A stretch of DNA of 64,000 nucleotides from Tubulanus polymorphus (lineage: Eukaryota > Animalia > Nemertea), in NCBI RefSeq assembly GCF_964204645.1, contig NC_134030.1:13244957-13308956 (forward strand), in the 5' to 3' direction. Position numbers and translations under genes: made by a program. Below, piece after piece: positions 62,039-64,000 of this stretch; position 1 is the first letter of the stretch, and the number at the start of each line of letters is the position of its first letter. Below the pieces are notes generated by a model. It ran no database searches. It had not been told where the DNA came from and saw only the letters and a list, made by a program, of their open reading frames with translations.

Positions 62039-64000
62039 AGAATAATAGAATTCAAATACAAAATTTAGCTGCAAAGCAGCGATAACGGGTTTTCTGAGCA
62101 GGCGTGCTATTCATAGTTTGAAAAGTGGATAATAGAAATATATCAATACGGGATACGCATTTGACGTGTCAAGTCACACCAATGCGGTTTAACATAACAT
62201 AATTTATAGTTATAGTCAAATTGGGGGTTACTCGGGTCGTTTATTGTCTGCGGAGTCGAGTAGATTGGTTACCCGTCTGTAACATTGGTTACGGAAACGA
62301 CTCGTCAGCTTGATGAGTTGTATGTATTATGATTGTGCGCCACCTACATCTTCCGAAATAATGTTCAATTATTTGACGGGAGGATTGAAATCAATTATCA
62401 ACGTACATCTGAATATGTAATAGTCCTTAGTAACTTTCTGTTGCAGAGGGCATAGAAAAGATTTTGAAATTATTTAATTAAAATATAAATTTTATTTACG
62501 AAAAATAAACTATTATGGTCAGTACAAATTGAAAATTCATAGTGTATTTTTAAGAACAAGCTTACATAGCTTACAGAATACATCACGTACATTTGAATTT
62601 TATAGGTGATGGGTACAAATCAACGTGTGACAGAAAAAAATGTAGTTAATTATTTAACAATATCGAAATATGTGCTCTCTTTTTAAACTAATGGAGTGAT
62701 ACGCAATTAATCACATGGCCTGTATTAAAAGATAGAACATACAAGTCGAAACATGTGAACAGAAACTAAAACTTTGATGTCAGTGACCAGTATCGAATTA
62801 CACAACGACAATTGGCTTTAAACTCAACAAACATTATTAAAGAATGTTTCAAACAAAATGCTTTATATAGCGACATGAATAACCTTGTTTTACAAAACAA
62901 GAAAGTACATTTTGAACTTTTGAATGGTCGAATCCCATTTATTCACAGTAACCTGTGGTGTGGCGATCCTCGGAGCCATCATTCTTGATGACGTCACTAA
63001 CAAGTGGTCACGGCCGTGGCGTGCACTCATTTCTTTTAAAATCTAGCTTCCTCGCGGAGCGGGACCTGGTGACGCTGCGCCCCACCCCCTTCGCGCTGAG
63101 AAATATCTTATTCCCAGTCAGCAAAGACAGGTTCTAAAGATCATAGAGTGCATCGCTGGAGGGTTTCCGATCCAATTTGAATTGGTGCGGTGGCGCTCTC
63201 AATGCGGACGTTTTTGTGAATTTTTCAGTCAGCGACGGACGTTTATCGTTGTAAGTGATGTAATATGTAAAAAAATGCAGGGAAACCTATCTCAATTTGT
63301 TTTTAGCGATGCAGCGGAACTAATAAGGAACATTTTGATATATAACATGACTATAGTACACTAATCACTATCCCTGATGGAATAATAAGCTCCACTCGAC
63401 AAACTCGTTCCCGTGCATTTTTATCTCTCTGTTTCACACACACAGCCCCTCTACCATCAATGCCTAACCCCTGTTCGACCAACTGTGGGCGTAACATGTG
63501 GCCTTTGAAACATAAGCCTAATTGTAAAAGAGGCGCTATTGCACTTTCGTACCCCCCTCCCAAAAATTTTTATTTCAGCATATTTATTATCAGGAAGGTC
63601 TAGGGATTCAAAATCAGTAACTTTTGACCCAAAAACTTACTTTTTATAGGTTAAAATTTTGTTATTTTGGGCCCTAAATCGCGTGTAAATTCGCCGATTT
63701 GCGACGTCAACAACGCCATATTGAATGTCAATCAAAGTTTCTAACCCTCCACTGAAATGTCATGACATTAAAACTTAGCAAAAACCATGTTTTTAAACAT
63801 AACCATCTCTGAAAATGACGCTTATGTTTGCATTATTTTCATACTTAGCTATTTATTTAAAGATGGTTCTGATGAAGAAAAGTTATACGCCAAAAAACGA
63901 AATTTTATCAATTCAATACAATTAAATTTATTGAGATATATTTATTCAGATGTTTTTAGGTGGTAATTAGTGCGGAAACATGGCCGACCCGTCGGTTTGA

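Overview
This is repeat-dense eukaryotic DNA, probably an invertebrate animal (inference), with no host protein-coding gene I can support. It is dominated by a cluster of very AT-rich Maverick/Polinton-type endogenous DNA viruses. One complete but mildly decayed element (9898-27447, 6-bp TSD TACAGC) splits a Bel/Pao retrotransposon pol ORF. It encodes protein-primed PolB, a chromodomain rve integrase, a packaging ATPase, likely major and minor capsid proteins, an HNH nuclease, zinc-finger proteins and a block of membrane proteins, but no recognisable protease. Five further fragments of the same family lie at about 7.3-9.3, 32.7-34.4, 41.1-48.7, 59.4-59.9 and 61.2-62.1 kb. The most unusual features are: (i) each terminus is itself a long fold-back hairpin whose two arms co-vary; (ii) almost every viral ORF starts at TAAATG with an A-run or T-run upstream, resembling poxvirus intermediate/late promoters and suggesting a virophage-like dependence on a large cytoplasmic DNA virus; (iii) the TIR carries a promoter plus zinc-finger module shared by PolB and the gene at the opposite end; (iv) paired internal palindromes sit where transcription converges. 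The rest is nested TEs: Penelope-like pieces (one with hammerhead ribozyme cores), a Gypsy-like element, CACTA/EnSpm, a hAT with a 6-bp TSD, MITEs and minisatellites. Coordinates were read by eye and may be off by a few bases. Family calls rest on remembered motifs, not database searches.
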